NCBI RefSeq assembly: GCF_009914755.1 | Contig: NC_060930.1 | DNA: 64,000 nt | Source of the DNA: the human T2T-CHM13v2.0 reference genome, Homo sapiens | Strand: one strand, 5' to 3' | In this document: piece by piece, positions 36,911 to 52,158 of the stretch | How the letters are laid out: the number at the start of each line of letters is the position of its first letter | Position numbering within the stretch: position 1 is the first letter of the stretch | The notes under the pieces: model-generated | What the model saw: only the letters and a program-made list of their open reading frames with translations | The model's database searches: none | What the model was told of the DNA's origin: nothing | Position numbers and translations under genes: made by a program

Positions 36911-37255
36911 ATCTTATCCTGCTTGTTGATAATAAAACCTACATTTTAAAAGTCTTCCCTTTTCAACCTTTCTGAGCCACTGTGACTCAATACTAATTCT
37001 CGCTCTTCACCAAAAAAGAGACTCTCAGGCTGGGGGTGGAGGAAAGAAAGCAAAAAACATTTAGAAATTCTCAACTCCTTTAAGTACTTTAGGGGGAACT
37101 GGCCATGGTAATAGCATTGTTTTTTGCTTTTCTTTTTCATTTATTCAAATGATCAAGGAAGGTCAGTGATAGTGCGCAGACATGCAGGAGTACATGAAGA
37201 GACGTGTTCTCCATTCTAAAAGAAATGGGCGCCCCATCAACCCATTGCTTTAAAC

Positions 37256-38170
37256 CTCTTCAACATTACAGAAAGGACAGGTTCCTCTGGAGACTGCGGT
37301 TTCCCATACTCTTCAACATTACGGAAAGGACAGTTTCCTCTGGATACTGCGGTTTCCCATACTCTTCAACATTACGGAAAGGACAGGTTCCTCTGGAGAC
37401 TCTGAGGTTCCCCATACTCTTCAACATTACGGAAAGGACAGCCTCCTCTGGCAACTGCGGTTCCCCATACTCTTCAGCATTACAGAAAGGACAGGTTCCT
37501 CTGGCGACTGCGGTTCCCCATACTCTTCAACATTACGGAAAGGACAGGTTCCTCTGGCGACTGCGGTTCCCCATACTCTTCAACATTACGGAAAGGACAG
37601 GTTCCTCTGGAGACTCTGCGGTTCCCCATACTCTTCAACATTACGGAAAGGATAGGTTCCTCTGGTGACTCTGCGGTTCCCCATACTCTTCAACATTACG
37701 GAAAGGACAGGTTCCTCTGGCGACTGCGGTTCCCCATACTCTTCAACATTACAGAAAGGACAGGTTCCTCTGGTGACTCTGCGGTTCCCCATACTCTTCA
37801 ACATTACGGAAAGGACAGGTTCCTCGGGAGACTCTGCGGTTCCCCATACTCTTCAACATTACGGAAAGGACAGCTTTCTCTGGAGACTGCGGTTCCCCAT
37901 ACTCTTCAGCATTACGGAAAGGACAGGTTCTTCTGGAGACTGCGGTTCCCCATACTCTTCAGCATTACGGAAAGGACAGGTTCCTCGGGAGACTCTGCGG
38001 TTCCCCATACTCTTCAACATTACGGAAAGGACAGGTTCCTCTGGAGACTGCGGTTCCCCATACTCTTCAGCATTACAGAAAGGACAGGTTCTTCTGGAGA
38101 CTGCGGTTCCCCATACTCTTCAACATTACGGAAAGGACAGGTTCCCCTGGCGACTCTGTGGTTTCCCATA
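37256..38170. repeat. Minisatellite, 17 units (10 x 53 bp + 7 x 55 bp)
   Basis: CTCTTCAACATTACGGAAAGGACAGGTTCCTCTGGAGACT(CT)GCGGTTCCCCATA; unit starts were counted and total 915 bp. Confidence 0.97.
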
Positions 38171-38414
38171 TTACACTTTATAGGGATTTTGACCCCTTCA
38201 TTAGTGGGTTGAAGTTTTTGTGTTTAGTGCACAGTTAGCATTTGAGGTGGTATATGTAGGAATAAACATGGCTCTTGCCTTTATTTAAAATATTTTTCAA
38301 TATAAAATCAGAAACAATACCAATTACATTAGGACACAACTAGCCATCAATCAACAGATAATATATCTTAGATATTAAGCAAACATTGATGACTTATTTT
38401 ATCCAGGTACTTAA

Positions 38415-38647
38415 TTTTTTTTTGAGATGGAGTCTGCCTCCTGGGTTCAAGCGATTCTCCTGCCTCAGCCTCCTGAGTAGCTGGGATAACAGGCGTGCAC
38501 CACCATGCCTGACTAATTTTTGTATTTTTAGTAGAGATGGGGTTTCACCATGTTGGTCGGGCTGGTCTAAAATTCCTGACCTTGTGATCCGCTTGCCTCG
38601 GCCTCCCAAAGTGCTGGGATTACAGGCATGAGCCACTGCGCCCAGCC
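38415..38647 (-). mobile_element. AluS with right-arm deletion
   Basis: TSD TTATCCA(G/A)GTACTT. Confidence 0.9.
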
Positions 38648-38810
38648 TTATCCAAGTACTTTTCTATGTTCTTGCCATGCAATAACTTTTAATCCTCAGA
38701 ACTCTCCTATGAGGATGGCTCATTAAATACTTTGTCCAATACTCCACAACCAATAACTATCACAGCAGGAATCACACCTAGGCAGTTTGCATCAGGGGCT
38801 GTGCTTATAA

Positions 38811-38818
<8 letters not shown>

Positions 38819-38852
<34 letters not shown>
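38819..38852. repeat. (CA)n microsatellite
   Basis: Uninterrupted CA run preceded by (TC)n. Confidence 0.95.
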
Positions 38853-38855
<3 letters not shown>

Positions 38856-41800
38856 TCACGTTGTCACTCACATATGAAAAGGGTCCCCCAAAAGAACTGT
38901 TTTCCCCAAAGTGCCTCCCTCCCTGACCAGTTCTTCAGTGTGACCGTGAGCACGCAATGAGAGATGCTAACTGGCACGAAGGACATGACCAACAGTTTTT
39001 AATCAGTGCAAAGTGGATTGACCAATATGGGGTAAAGAACACTGGTGTCATTAACAGCACACTTTTGCCAGACAAATCAACTTGTTCAGCCATGGAGAGG
39101 GAGAAAAGACACTTAACCAAGAGTCAGAAGGCAGAAATTCAAATCCTAACTATATGATTTATTCAGGTCCCTTTAATTTCTATCAGTTTTCTCATCTTAA
39201 AATAGGAATAATAACTAATGTCACAGGAATCCTGTAAGGATTAAATGGAATCATGTGTACCAAAGATCTCTGCAAACTTTAAAGGCCAAAATAAAAGTAA
39301 CCTAGTATTGCTACCATTCATGCATCAAAAACCAACTGTAAGTGAATTCGTGGGCCAGGTGCGTCATTAGCTGCGCTGACACGCCAGAGACTGGGTGAGC
39401 AACCTTCTAGGAGAATGGTCCTCAATTGTTTTAGGATAGAAAGTATTTTAATTAGAAAAAATAGAGAAACATTCTAAGATTTGTGCTGCATAACTTAAGA
39501 AAGATGAAAGCAGCAGGCAGAGAGGGCTGACACAATATAGTAACAGTACACAATCGTGATTACCTCCCAGAACCAGGGCATGGGGCTCCAGGGCAACAGG
39601 GGGAAGTGCTTCTTTAAAGCCACAGCACTGCACTACATAACACGGTGGGAAAATTCCAAACACTGATGATGGGCCGTAGTCAGGACAGCCAAAGATTAAG
39701 CTGAATTTTATTCTAAACAAACTACTGCTTTATTTTCTTGCCTCTTAATTTTTAGCATATTAACTCCAATCCCAGAAATGTTTCAGTTACACTCCAAAAG
39801 CATAATGTTCTTGCTTACATAACTTCAAACATCTATAGAGTTAAAGAATTCCTGGTGATGTAAAAAGTCAAATATACATATAATTTTAATTATATGTATA
39901 TTAAAAAAACTAGAAGAACATAAAGTAAGTGTATATTACAGCTGTTGGGGTGGAAGGACAACATTTGGACTTGACAGAAAAATCACAACGGTGAACACAC
40001 TAAGTTCCTAGCCATAAAGAAATATACATCTTCTATAAGTTAATAAATAAAAGATAAGAAATTTGAAAGCCAAACAGGAAGTCTGCAAATATATTCAAAA
40101 TGTCAAAATACAAATAACTTTATTATATAAACAGCTCACAAAAATCAATCCAGAAAACACCAAGAGCTTCAAAAAAAAATTGAGAAGGTATAAGCTTACA
40201 GTTCACAAGAGAGGAGATGCAACCAACCAAGGAACATAAAGACAAAACCCAACCTCAGAGAAACATCAACTAAAAGAGGTTCCACCGCTGGCCTATTAAC
40301 AACACAAGATATTTAAGATGATCTCGAAGGCTCATAGTTGTCGGCTGAATCTGTACACAGCTCCCACGGATCGCTGGCAGCAGCACAACTGTTCCAATAC
40401 TCTGAAAAATAATTCGGCCACGTGTCAAAGCCTTAGACATGCTTCCACAGTTTGACTCAAAATGTATTCTTGAAAAGTGAACAATGACTAAAATAATTCA
40501 AACCATGGGGATTGCTATTAGGCATGAAGATTCCCATAACTGCAAAAATGTATTACAGCAAGACGGGGAAAAAACGGAAACATCCACCAAAACATCCAGT
40601 AAAATGTAAAGGTTCAGTCAAGGAAACTATGCAGCCAGTGAAACATTATGAAAAACATGCGAAACCAAGAGAATACTTACAACAAATTAGCGAAATAGAA
40701 AGACATACGAATAAATAAATAGGCAGATAGGTATGAACAGACAGATGTACAGAAAAAGTTCCTAGAAGGAAGTATTCTAAAATGCCAAATGGTTTATTAA
40801 CAAGGGTAGGATTATCAGAGATTCAATAGCTTGTCAAAAATCACAGCTATTAAGTGAAAGAGGTGGGATTCAAAACCAGACCCTTGCTCTATGCTATACT
40901 CCGGATGACTATTTTTTTTTTTTATTTATTATGGAAATCTTAAACATACATAAGAGAGACTAGCATAAGGAACCTCCAAGTTCCCATCACCCAGCTTCAA
41001 CATTCTGTGTCTTGTTTTAGCTGCCTCTCCCCTTCAACATACTTTCATGTTGTTTGTTGAGGGAGCTCTTTAAAGCATTGTATCATTTCATCCATAAATG
41101 ACTTAGTTTGTACCTCTACAAATGACATTGCACCCAGCCCCAGGTCAATTTTTTCATATGGTCTAAAAGTTATTTTGCAGTTGATGTGTTAGAATCAGGA
41201 CCCAATCAATGTTTCCATTTAAAAAAGAAGAACAAAAGCTACCTTTATACAAACAAGGGCCTATGCTTATATGAATACAGAGAAAGGGCTAGAAGGATGC
41301 ACACCAGGGGTCAATTATCCTGAGAATGAGATTGGAGAAGGGTGGAGGGGCCAGGGAAATTGTGCCTTTAAATATTTTTACATTGCCTTCCCTGTGGCAA
41401 TAAGCATGTATATACATGTTTTAGAAACGTAGGTAGGCCTTAGACCACACAGAATAGCCCACTTCCAGAGCCCTGCAGGGCAGCTGCTGGCTGGAGATCC
41501 AGGCAGCAGAGGGTCTCCTTAAGAACGCTGACCACATGAGGCTTCCTCTTGGCAGCTCTGAGTTACATGCATTTTTTTGGGCTGGGGGTGGTGCTCATTT
41601 CTCCTGTAAATTAACTATCTTAAGAAAGTGATTATAACAAATGATAGTATCCTTTACATTAAAGAAAAAGGGATGAAAAAAAGTTACTGTGCCAAGCTCT
41701 CTGCCAGCAATCTTCAGTGGGCTTGCCTGGGCTTGTCATCATATTCTTTCTTCACTCTAGTGTCTAGTCCAGTGCCAGACACTCAGTGAAACGGTGGCCG

Positions 41801-43007
41801 GGCTGACCAGATCTGGGGATGCACGGGCTCTTCTTTCATCTCCTCAACAACAGCAGCAGAGACCTCAAAAGGCTGTGTGAAATTCCTGCCATAAGAAGCT
41901 ATAAGATGCGGCTTCTGAGAGGGGTGTCAGCTAGATTTGTTTCACAGGACAGATGCCATTCCTTGATTCTGTACTGTGTGCCATGCACTGTCTTTTAAAC
42001 CAATAAATCTGGTCACAAGAGCAACTGCCAAAACCACTATAAAACCTGAGTGCCCTAATTACATCCTAAAAGGTCACAATCAACCTGTGACAGCTCCTCC
42101 TGATCTTCAATACAATTCATGCTAAGGAAAACAATCAGATAAATCCAAATTAACCAAACATCTAAGCAGAACAACTCCTTTTCTATCGGTCACCTCTGGG
42201 TGACAAGAGGTCCAGTTCAAATCTGACCTTTAACTGAAAGGTCCAAGAGGTGAAAAGTTTGATATTCTATTACTGCTTCCACACAGAATTACACGAAAAC
42301 CAGAAATTCTAATTTGTAGGTGCAGATCTTTAATGCTGTGTCTCCTTTCTCCCCCCACCAAAGAAGTATTTTAAATGTTTAAACCAAAATGAGTTTTGCC
42401 CCTAATAAATTTTAAAATATTACTAAGATATTTATAATGAAAGTTACCAGAGAAACTTGTTTTTCAACTATCCTTTAGTCCTATAAAAACTAGGCCAAAA
42501 CTCATTTAAGCTTGATTTTTCCATTTAAAAAATCCAGCCATAAAAGAGAATGGGATAGTACTGAGAATATATAAAACAATTCTAACTTTTCAGTTCTAAT
42601 GAAAAGTGCAAATAAAGGTAGTAATCTTTTTCTTAAAGATAACCTTGTTTTCACAGAAATGCACTTGGAAATAGGGTTTTTAAAGTGCTGTCAAGGTACT
42701 GTGGTTCTACAGATACTTTGCTTCTCTGCCCTTGCAAGAGAATCAACTGCTCTGGAGGATAATTCCCCCTTTAGTTACCAGAGAGCAAAACCCTGGTCCT
42801 TTTCCTGCTCACTGCTAACTCCTGGAGGATTTTGCCCAGTAAAAGCTAAGGTAGAAATGGAGGGAATCTGTTCAGTCAGGATTTATTCATTTAGAGTTCT
42901 ACATCGAATTTTAAACAACCAATTAGCACCGGCATTGGTGAAACTCCAGAAGGGCTGGGAACAGGAACCTGCATGACACAGCACTGCAGAAAAGTGCTGG
43001 TGACTAA

Positions 43008-43387
<380 letters not shown>

Positions 43388-46015
43388 CCGAGTTTCTAAA
43401 ATACAAGTTCATTTCCACACATGATTACTTAACTATAACCATCATTTATCAGTATTTTTTCCTCTCTCTCTCTCTCCAAAGAATTTTCACTTCCTAGGTA
43501 AAAGTCATACAGTAATGACTAACAATATTATGCATATATTATGTCATAATTGACATAAAAGGCCACATATATGATTCCACTTATATGAAAGTTCAGAATA
43601 AGTAAATCCATGGATGCAGAAAGTGGGAAAGGATTGATAATGGATTCAGGGTTTTCTCCGGGTGTGATGAAACTGTTCTGGACTTAGATAATGGTGATGG
43701 TTGTACAACTTTGTGAATAACTGTGCTTCAGAATTCCTCTGAGCATTAGTTTAACATCATTAGCACCATAAACACAGAACCCCAAAAAACTGAACACAAA
43801 AAGAAATACAGGATGGTATCATTTTTTAAAAAGTGCCCAACATGACTAAATTCCTGAAGTCTGATTCCAGATCAGTTGAGGCAAAGGTACACCAGGGCGA
43901 GGAGTGAAAAGGTACCAGGAGGGTAGGAGAAAGCTTTACCCTCGCAGTGATGGAAACAGAGCTCAGGTATTGAAACCCAGGGTGAAGAGTAGCAAATAAA
44001 GCAGCAGAACAACTCCAAGCTAAACAGACTGACCTTGCGGGAAGATGTGAGTGGCCTAGACTTTCTAATCCTTGACAAACATCAACACCACCAACTCCAT
44101 TCCAGCAAGACTGCCAGGAAGACATGAAAATAAAGAAGCTAAACAATGCAAAATCCCAAGTGATATCAAGAGTCTACATATGTTTATTCAAATAACAAAA
44201 TACTTGACCATCTCAACAATAATGTTCAGGAATGAGAGAGGAACAAAATCAAGAAAATATTACTAAGCTATTCATAATGAAAGGATTGGATAAAAAGATA
44301 TTCTCCTAAATTTATACTACTACATAAAAACAAAGTTTCATTTGTCTCGACTTGTCAAATCTTTAGGATGAAATAAACCAATATCACCGCTGACAAATGT
44401 AATAACTATGGTAAACAGGCATGCCAAAATCAATGCAGAGTTTCAGAAAAGGTCAAGAAACCAACCGTCAGCTTAAATTGGTTAATTTCATTAAAACTGT
44501 TAAACATGACAGGATGTCGCTAACTCCCAGGTTCTTTTATATGAGCAAAGTTGGATTAATTTGACCCAAATTTTGTATAATAGCTTTTCCAATTTCCAAA
44601 AATACATCAACTTTGTCACTGATCTTACAAATTCTGCTTTCCTTCTCTAGCTCTATCTCAAAAGAAGCTTCTCGAAGGCCATAAATCTTGACATAGTGAA
44701 AGCAAAATAATCACAGCACTCAACAGTGCCGTTAACATTTCTGAGCCGTGAGGGATTAAGCAGGCAGATGCTATGGAAAGTGCCTGTCAGGAAAGGACAG
44801 CCCAGAGTTCAGAACGCACCGCAGCTGCGAAGGATTGAAGCTGCTAGCTATGGAATCAAGCTCAGGAGAAACTCTGGGCACAATTCCGGCATCCGAAATA
44901 AATTAAAGTAAACAGTGTTGCTCTCTCTCTCATCCACCCTGTTAGCAGCCTCTCGGCTGAGCGGGAGACCACACACTCGGACCACACAGCGCCAGCTGAA
45001 CTCCCTCGCACGCAACATCTACAAGCTGTCACTCTGCAGCAGCCCAGAGAGGGAGAAGGATGAGGTTAGGGAGGGGGAGACAGGACCGCAGGAAGAGGGG
45101 GAGGGGAGACAGGAGAGTCTTCCCTATGTGCAGCTGGAGAGAGTGATGTGTGGTTTGGAGAAGGGGGAGGGGTGGAATCCATAAACCTCCCTGAGAAAAC
45201 AAGCTGGTCATGGCCTTGTGTAGTCTTGACCTGTACTCCCCCATACCAATTTAGTAGCTGATGAAGGATTAACAAAGCATCCATTTAACATCAATTAACC
45301 TCCTATCCATCACAGGTCAAAAGAGAAAATTACTATTACAAAAGCATTTCACTAAAATCAAGATAAAAGGCCACATTTTCTTACAATTTATACTGTACAC
45401 TTAAGTAAATACATTTTCCTTATAGATATACTATATTAATTTTAAACCATCTGCCTCTTTTCCTTTAATGAAGCATACAGGGATGGATTTAAAGTGTTTT
45501 CTGCAACAGAAGTCAGAAAATTTTAATTCTATAATTTTCCCATATTTAATTTCTCAAATTAAAACTGTGGCACAATTTTAATTTTCCAAAATATTTACTA
45601 CTAGAAAAAAAGACAGTAAGTTGTCATTTTTCACAGAACTTCAGACTAAAAATACACAGAAAAAGTTAGCAGTAATAATATAAAGAAAAAAATCAGAAAT
45701 GAAACCACAACTGAAAGTAGTTTTAGAATCATAAAAGCAGTACTTTTTACTATTTAGTAATGAAGAGTTTCGCTGATTTCAACAGCAGACAAGAAATCTG
45801 AACAAAATGAGTGATCACGGTCTCACCTTGTCATGCTCCCAGATGTTCTTCTCAGCTAGAGAAGGCCAGGAACCAGAAAAATACAGAAGTTCTGACTCAC
45901 TGAAGACTAGGATAACCTCTACTCAACAGGCCACGGAAGGCCTCATGATGTGAAAACACTATTTCGCTAACAGATCAGACTATAGAAAGGTGATTTTCCC
46001 CACAATCATTTGAAA

Positions 46016-46040
46016 ACACACACACACACACACACACACA
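46016..46040. repeat. (CA)n microsatellite
   Basis: Direct reading. Confidence 0.9.
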
Positions 46041-46840
46041 ACCCTCCCAAACGTCCACCCTTCCCCATATATGCCTCAACCTGGCAGCACTGGCATCACC
46101 AGGGAACAAATCAAGCAGAATCTCAGTAGCCTTAGCTGTCCAGAACCACTTTGGGTCCAGAGGACCCCAGAAGAATCCTGTTGCAGAGCTGCCTAGTGAG
46201 TTTCAACAGTAAAATTAGGCTCAGCCAACTCTCAGGGCACCATAAAATATAATCAAAGTAGAGAATTCACCAAATCTTTCTAGAGTCAGGCCCAACCTAA
46301 CCTAAGACAGACTTGTCCCTGCTGGGCTGGGTTGGGCTGGACCCAAAGGGATTGCCCAGAGATATTGGGGAAAGGGTTCGGGAAAATGGTGATTTTCTTC
46401 CCCAGTTCTCTATAAACACAGACTCCACACTTCCTGAGTGAGATCAAGTGCAAGTTACATTAGCACTGCCACAAATTCTACCATATAACAGCACACAGTG
46501 GGACAAGTCTCAGAGACAGGGTCATGAACTCTGTAATCCAGTTTTCCAAATTAATCCTCTTGCTCCTCCTGCTCCATCCCCAAATCATAGTTAACAAAAA
46601 TACAAGCATGCACAGATCTGAAAGAACTCATAGGGGCCAAATTGTATAGAGTTACGGCCTGATAAGGGCAGAAGACTCGCTGGGTCTCAGAAGGGCCATT
46701 TGCAGAAGGGGAGGACTGAACAGGTAAGAAGTAATGTATCCTGCTTTCCTGGACCTCTTTTTTTTTTTTTTTTTTTTTTTTGAGACGGAGTCTTGCTCTG
46801 TCGCCAGGTTGGACTGAACAGGTAAGAAGTAATGTATTAA

Positions 46841-47148
<308 letters not shown>

Positions 47149-48058
47149 TCCTGGACCTCTTTTTATACTTCTTTTCCTTCTCTACCTCTACAAACAAAAA
47201 AATACATGAACTACTATCTATGGTTTCAAATGAAAGCATATTTGTTTATATTTTAATTCTTTTGGGAAAATAATCCAATAATTTAAACCATATAACTGAT
47301 AAATGACACTTGATTTTTATTTATTTATTTTAGGAATGGGAATAAAGGCCTTCCCTCCCTCTACAATGTTTGGAGGTGAGAGATTAAGGGGACGAGAATG
47401 TGCATGAGATGACTAGGAAGGAATACTGGAAGCCAGACAAGTATATAGGGAATGCCTGACAACTTAGCTCTCAGAGCCCCCATAAAAGAGATCTGTTATA
47501 TATATACCGGATTACTCAGCTGTTCTCATAAAACAAGCACTGGATTCTATCTTAATTGGAAAAGTTACTTAGAGGTCTGCTTTATTCCCCCAGGAACCAT
47601 AAAGCCCTCTGCCTTAGCATGCCATGTCTCCTCCTAGAGGACAAGGACTGTCACTATGTTGCACAGGGAAAGGCTGCAGGTCTAAAGGTGACTGGACTTC
47701 CAACCGATGCCACTGGACATTGATGACATGTCAAAAATGAACCAGGCCAGTGCAAATTCATCCCCCTCCATCCACCCCCAACAAATAAATGAAGACAAAA
47801 ACTTCAAAGAAGATACACTACTTAATAGGAAAACAAAAGAGTTTCATACAAGAGCACAGCATTATTTATTCACAAATCTATTGCCAGTAGTACCCAATGC
47901 CCTACTACTCTTATTAGATCTATATGCATAGATAAAAACAGTAAGTCTTAGTATTTTAGGAAGTATAGTTTTTCAGAAAAAAAGATGTCAGGGTTTTATT
48001 TTCCCAGAAAGACAGATCACCTGAACAAGATTGAAGAAGTCATTATCAAATAATATTC

Positions 48059-48368
48059 TTTTTTTTTTTTTTTTTTTTTTTTTTTTGAGACAGGGTCTCA
48101 CTCAGTCACCCAGGCTGCTGGAGTGCAGTGGTGCAATCATAGCTCACTGCAGCCTCAGGTGATCCAGGCTCAAGTGATCCTCCCACTTCAGCCTCCTGAG
48201 TAACTGGGACCACAGACATGTACCACCACACTCGGCTAACTTTTTTCTAATTTTTGTAGAAAAGGGGCCTCATTATGTTGCCCAGGCTGGTCTCAAACTC
48301 CTGGGCTCAAGCTATCCTTCCACCTCGGCCTCTCAAAGTGCTGGGATTACAGGCATTGAGCCACTGAA
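48059..48368 (-). mobile_element. AluJ
   Basis: Long poly-T; TSD TCAAATAATATT. Confidence 0.9.
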
Positions 48369-50966
48369 CTTATCCTCAAATAATATTTATTTGTATCTTT
48401 ACCTAGTCCGTCAAGATGATTTGCGATACAATGACTAGTCACCCAGATCCTCAAAAGATGACAGTATTGGACTCCTATACCCCAGAAAAACAGAAAAACT
48501 AGGGCTGTGAAAAGGAAACATCCTTGGATTTATTCAGTCAAATAAATGTTTATTATACACTTGCTATGTCCCAGGCATTACCCTGAAGAAATGACAGGAA
48601 CAAGATTTTGTGACCAGAAGCTCAAGAATGACTTTGGCCTTCAGTAGAGTGATCGTAGCTGAAACCAGACAGCACTGGGATGGGTGAGAAGTTGGCTACA
48701 AACAACTATTTTAAGAAATGTGGCAGGAAAGTGAAAAAGAGAGGAATTTTAAAAGGGCAATGTGAAATCAAGGGAGGATTCTAGTTTTTTCTGTTTTACT
48801 TTATTCTTGTCTGTCTCTAAGCATGTATAAAGGCCAACAGAAGGAAGGCTTTAGTAAGACATGAACACCTGAGTGAAGTCCTCACAAAGGCGGGGTAGAT
48901 GGGATCCACAGCCCAGGTAGGAGATTGGTCTTAGCATAAATACAACCTCTTCCACTGTGACTGGGGAGGAGGAACAGTTTTTGGCAGGAAGCCCCTGCGA
49001 TTCTCCACTTACATCTCTTTCATTTATGATGTAGGTGGCAAGACCGCTTGCTAAGAGTGTGTGTAAATGATGTGAAAGGATGAAAGGTTCGAAAAGCGTG
49101 AAAATGCTGAAAAGTACATTCTGCAGAGATAAGAAGCGGGTACTGATGAGGAAAATTCTGGAAGATTCCTTGATGGCCCAGCTGAGCTGGTGACCATGGA
49201 TTTATAGGGGCACAGATCTGGATACTGTGATTTTCCCAGCTGGCCCCAGCAACTCAGGTCAAGCATTACAGGAGGCAGAGAGTTGAGACTGCCCAAGGCT
49301 GAGAAGCTGCCAGGCAGATGCTACAGAACAACAACGATACAACTGAGCACACTGGCATGACAGTGACTGAAGATCACAGAAGCGCCTGATAGATGCAGTG
49401 GGGGTGAGTGAGACTGAGAAAGTTGAGGGACTATAAGCAAACAGTGGGAGGCCTGCACTTTGGATTTCAGAAGTGGACCAGTTCCAACACTGAGGCAGTT
49501 CGGTGTTACTCTTCCAGCCCCCAGCACTACTTCTCTGGCAACAGTCGGATCCTCCTCCAGACAGCCCTACTTTCTCCTTCTGTCCTTTCTGGTTACTGTT
49601 AGCTTCCCTTTGCTCCTCACCACTCCTTGTATATTCCCTAATCCCCTCTGCACCTTTCTTCATTTGAGCTATCTGGCATGACTTCTGATTCCTGCTGAGA
49701 CATACATCATTATCATTCACATGGGGTTTTCATTAAAATTAAACTAAAGCCAAACATGGCCTTTTGTCTCGTTTTGTCTTTTGCTAAAATTATAATACAA
49801 TGAAAGTTAAATCATATGCCCTCCAAAATCACAAACCTTTAAAATGAGAAAAGGCCTTTAAAAATTCATCCATGCTTACAAATGAAACGAAGGGGCAGCC
49901 TTGTGCAAAGTGGCACTGTTAGCAAGCAGTAAAGGGAAAAAAGCCTTCAACGCTGCACTTGTCACTGAGTGCTTAAGATGTGCCGGGCACTAGTCTTGAA
50001 GCTCTCTGGATCCACCCTGAGCAGCTCACCTTCTCCTAAGCTGAAATCCAGTCTTCCCCAGTCCTGTGTCCAGTGTTCGTTCCATTATTGGCACCAAGAT
50101 TTACTGTGGAAAATATTACATAGAAAAACTGATAAACCCAAAAACAAAAATAAAGCAAACTGGATGATGTATTTTTAATCTGAAATGCTACCAAGGGAAT
50201 TAAGGTAAAGGATGTTCAGGAAGCTTTTGAGCTGGCCTAATAAAACTTTCCAGGAAAAACAAACAACAAAAAAGAACTGTCTAACAAATCAGTTCCAAAC
50301 TCTTCTGCCTGTCAGTCAAGGCACTCCACCCATAATCCAAAATGCACTCACTTACCAGCCCCTGGGCCTTTGCTCCTGGTATGCAGCCCAGGTGTTCACA
50401 CGCCTTCCTTCATCAAGCTCTTATCATCAAAGCTTCCCAATTACTCTAGCCCCAATGGATCCTTCCTACCTCTGAGCTTCTGCTGGACTTACACTCAATA
50501 CTACAGAGTTTAGTTCTTAGCTATTCTTTAATTGAGAGGGCAAAAATACCCCTTATGAATCCAGGCTAATATTATTTGATTTTTAATATATGTGTCAGGC
50601 ATACAGTAAGACTGGAAGATACAAAAATAATTAAAACTAATCCCGATCCAGAATGAGCTTAGTCTTTTACTGGTGTATGTAAACACCATTAATAATATTG
50701 TCCCTAACACAACACAAGTGCTATAAGACAAGTGCTAGGTGGTTATAGGATTCACTGAGTTGGAAAATTTCAAGGCAGGAAGGATTTCAGAGATAATCTA
50801 ACTGCATGTATTCTCTGAATACACAAAAAAGGAAACAGTCCAAAGCATCTAAGCAACTCAGCCAGTACTATGAAGCAGACCAGATTAGACCAAGGACCAG
50901 TGTATAGTTGCTTCGACGCCTAAGCCAAAAATACCTTTTGACTCTGTGATTTTCAAATTGAGATCA

Positions 50967-51260
50967 GCCAGGCACAGTGGGTCACACCTATAGTCCCAGC
51001 ACTGGGAAGCTGAGGCCAGCGCATCACTTGCGTTCAGGAGTTCAAGACCAGCCTGGGCAACGTAGGAAGACCTCACCTCCACAAATAATTTTTAAAATGA
51101 GCCGAACCCGGTGGCACGCACCTATAGTCCCAGCTACTTGGGAGGCTGAGGTAGAAGGATTTCTGGAATCATGGCGCTCAAGGCTGCAGTGTGTTGTGAC
51201 TGTGCCACTGCACTCTAGCCTGGGTGACAGAACAAGACCCCCTTTCAATCAATAAACAAA
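50967..51260 (+). mobile_element. AluJ
   Basis: Diverged dimer; TSD AAA(T/C)TGAGAT. Confidence 0.87.
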
Positions 51261-51319
51261 CTGAGATTGAAGGATGCCGATGCGTGTGTCACCCATCGCT
51301 TTAAGATTCATAATTTCCC

Positions 51320-51608
51320 GGCCCGGCGCAGGGGTTCACGCCTGTAATCCCAGCACTCTGGGAGGCCGAGGTGGGTGGATCACGAGGTCCACCGTCACGA
51401 GGATCGCGACGGTGAAACCCCGTCTCTACTAAAAATACAAAAAGTTAGTCGGGCGTGGTGACGGGCGCCTGTAGTCCCAGCTACTCGGGAGGCTGAGGCG
51501 GCAGAATGGCGTGAACCCGGGAGGCAGAGCTTGCACTGAGCAGAGATCTCGCCACTGTACTTCAGCCTAGGCAACAGGGTGAGACTCTGTCTTTAAAAAT
51601 ACAAAAAA
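51320..51608 (+). mobile_element. AluY-like with rearranged B-box region
   Basis: GAATGGCGTGAACCCGGGAGGCAGAGCTTGCA; TSD AAGATTCATAATTTC. Confidence 0.9.
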
Positions 51609-52158
51609 GATTCATAATTTCATTACAATTACTTTTAAGTTTGTGTATTCATATCAATAATAATTTTTGACTAATATAAACATACTCTAAAGCATATGAT
51701 TAGAAGTCCACACTATCACCATGTGATTTCAGCAGGCAGTCCAGAAGGTCCAAGAACATATTCCCCAGGATCTGAGTACAATCAACATCCTAGTACACCG
51801 CTTAGCAGAGTGATCAATGAATGTTATTTCCCAGTTTCAAAATCCTCTCAACAGTGACCTAAAATTCATCCATTCAATAAACATTTAAGCACCTACTATG
51901 TGGCAGACGCTGGACTAGGAACCCAGGCTGGATTAAGATGCGTAAACTGGAGAATGAGTGGAAAAGTAACTGAGAGGACACCTCTGTAACCAGCACTTCC
52001 TGTATGGCCTAATCTTGCTGCTGCTTGACACTAGAAATATTAAAAGTTCTTTGCTAGAAGACTATTTTTTCAGTACCAACTTCATTTCCCATATGATTCT
52101 TACATAATGGGCTCCCAAGAACTTAGCAAGTTAATAACCATCTTTTAGAAAAGTAATA

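Noticed and set aside
37204-38183. Repeat array as CRISPR-like locus or repetitive protein gene
   Set aside because: No unique spacers, eukaryotic context; ORFs arise from stop-poor repeat units.
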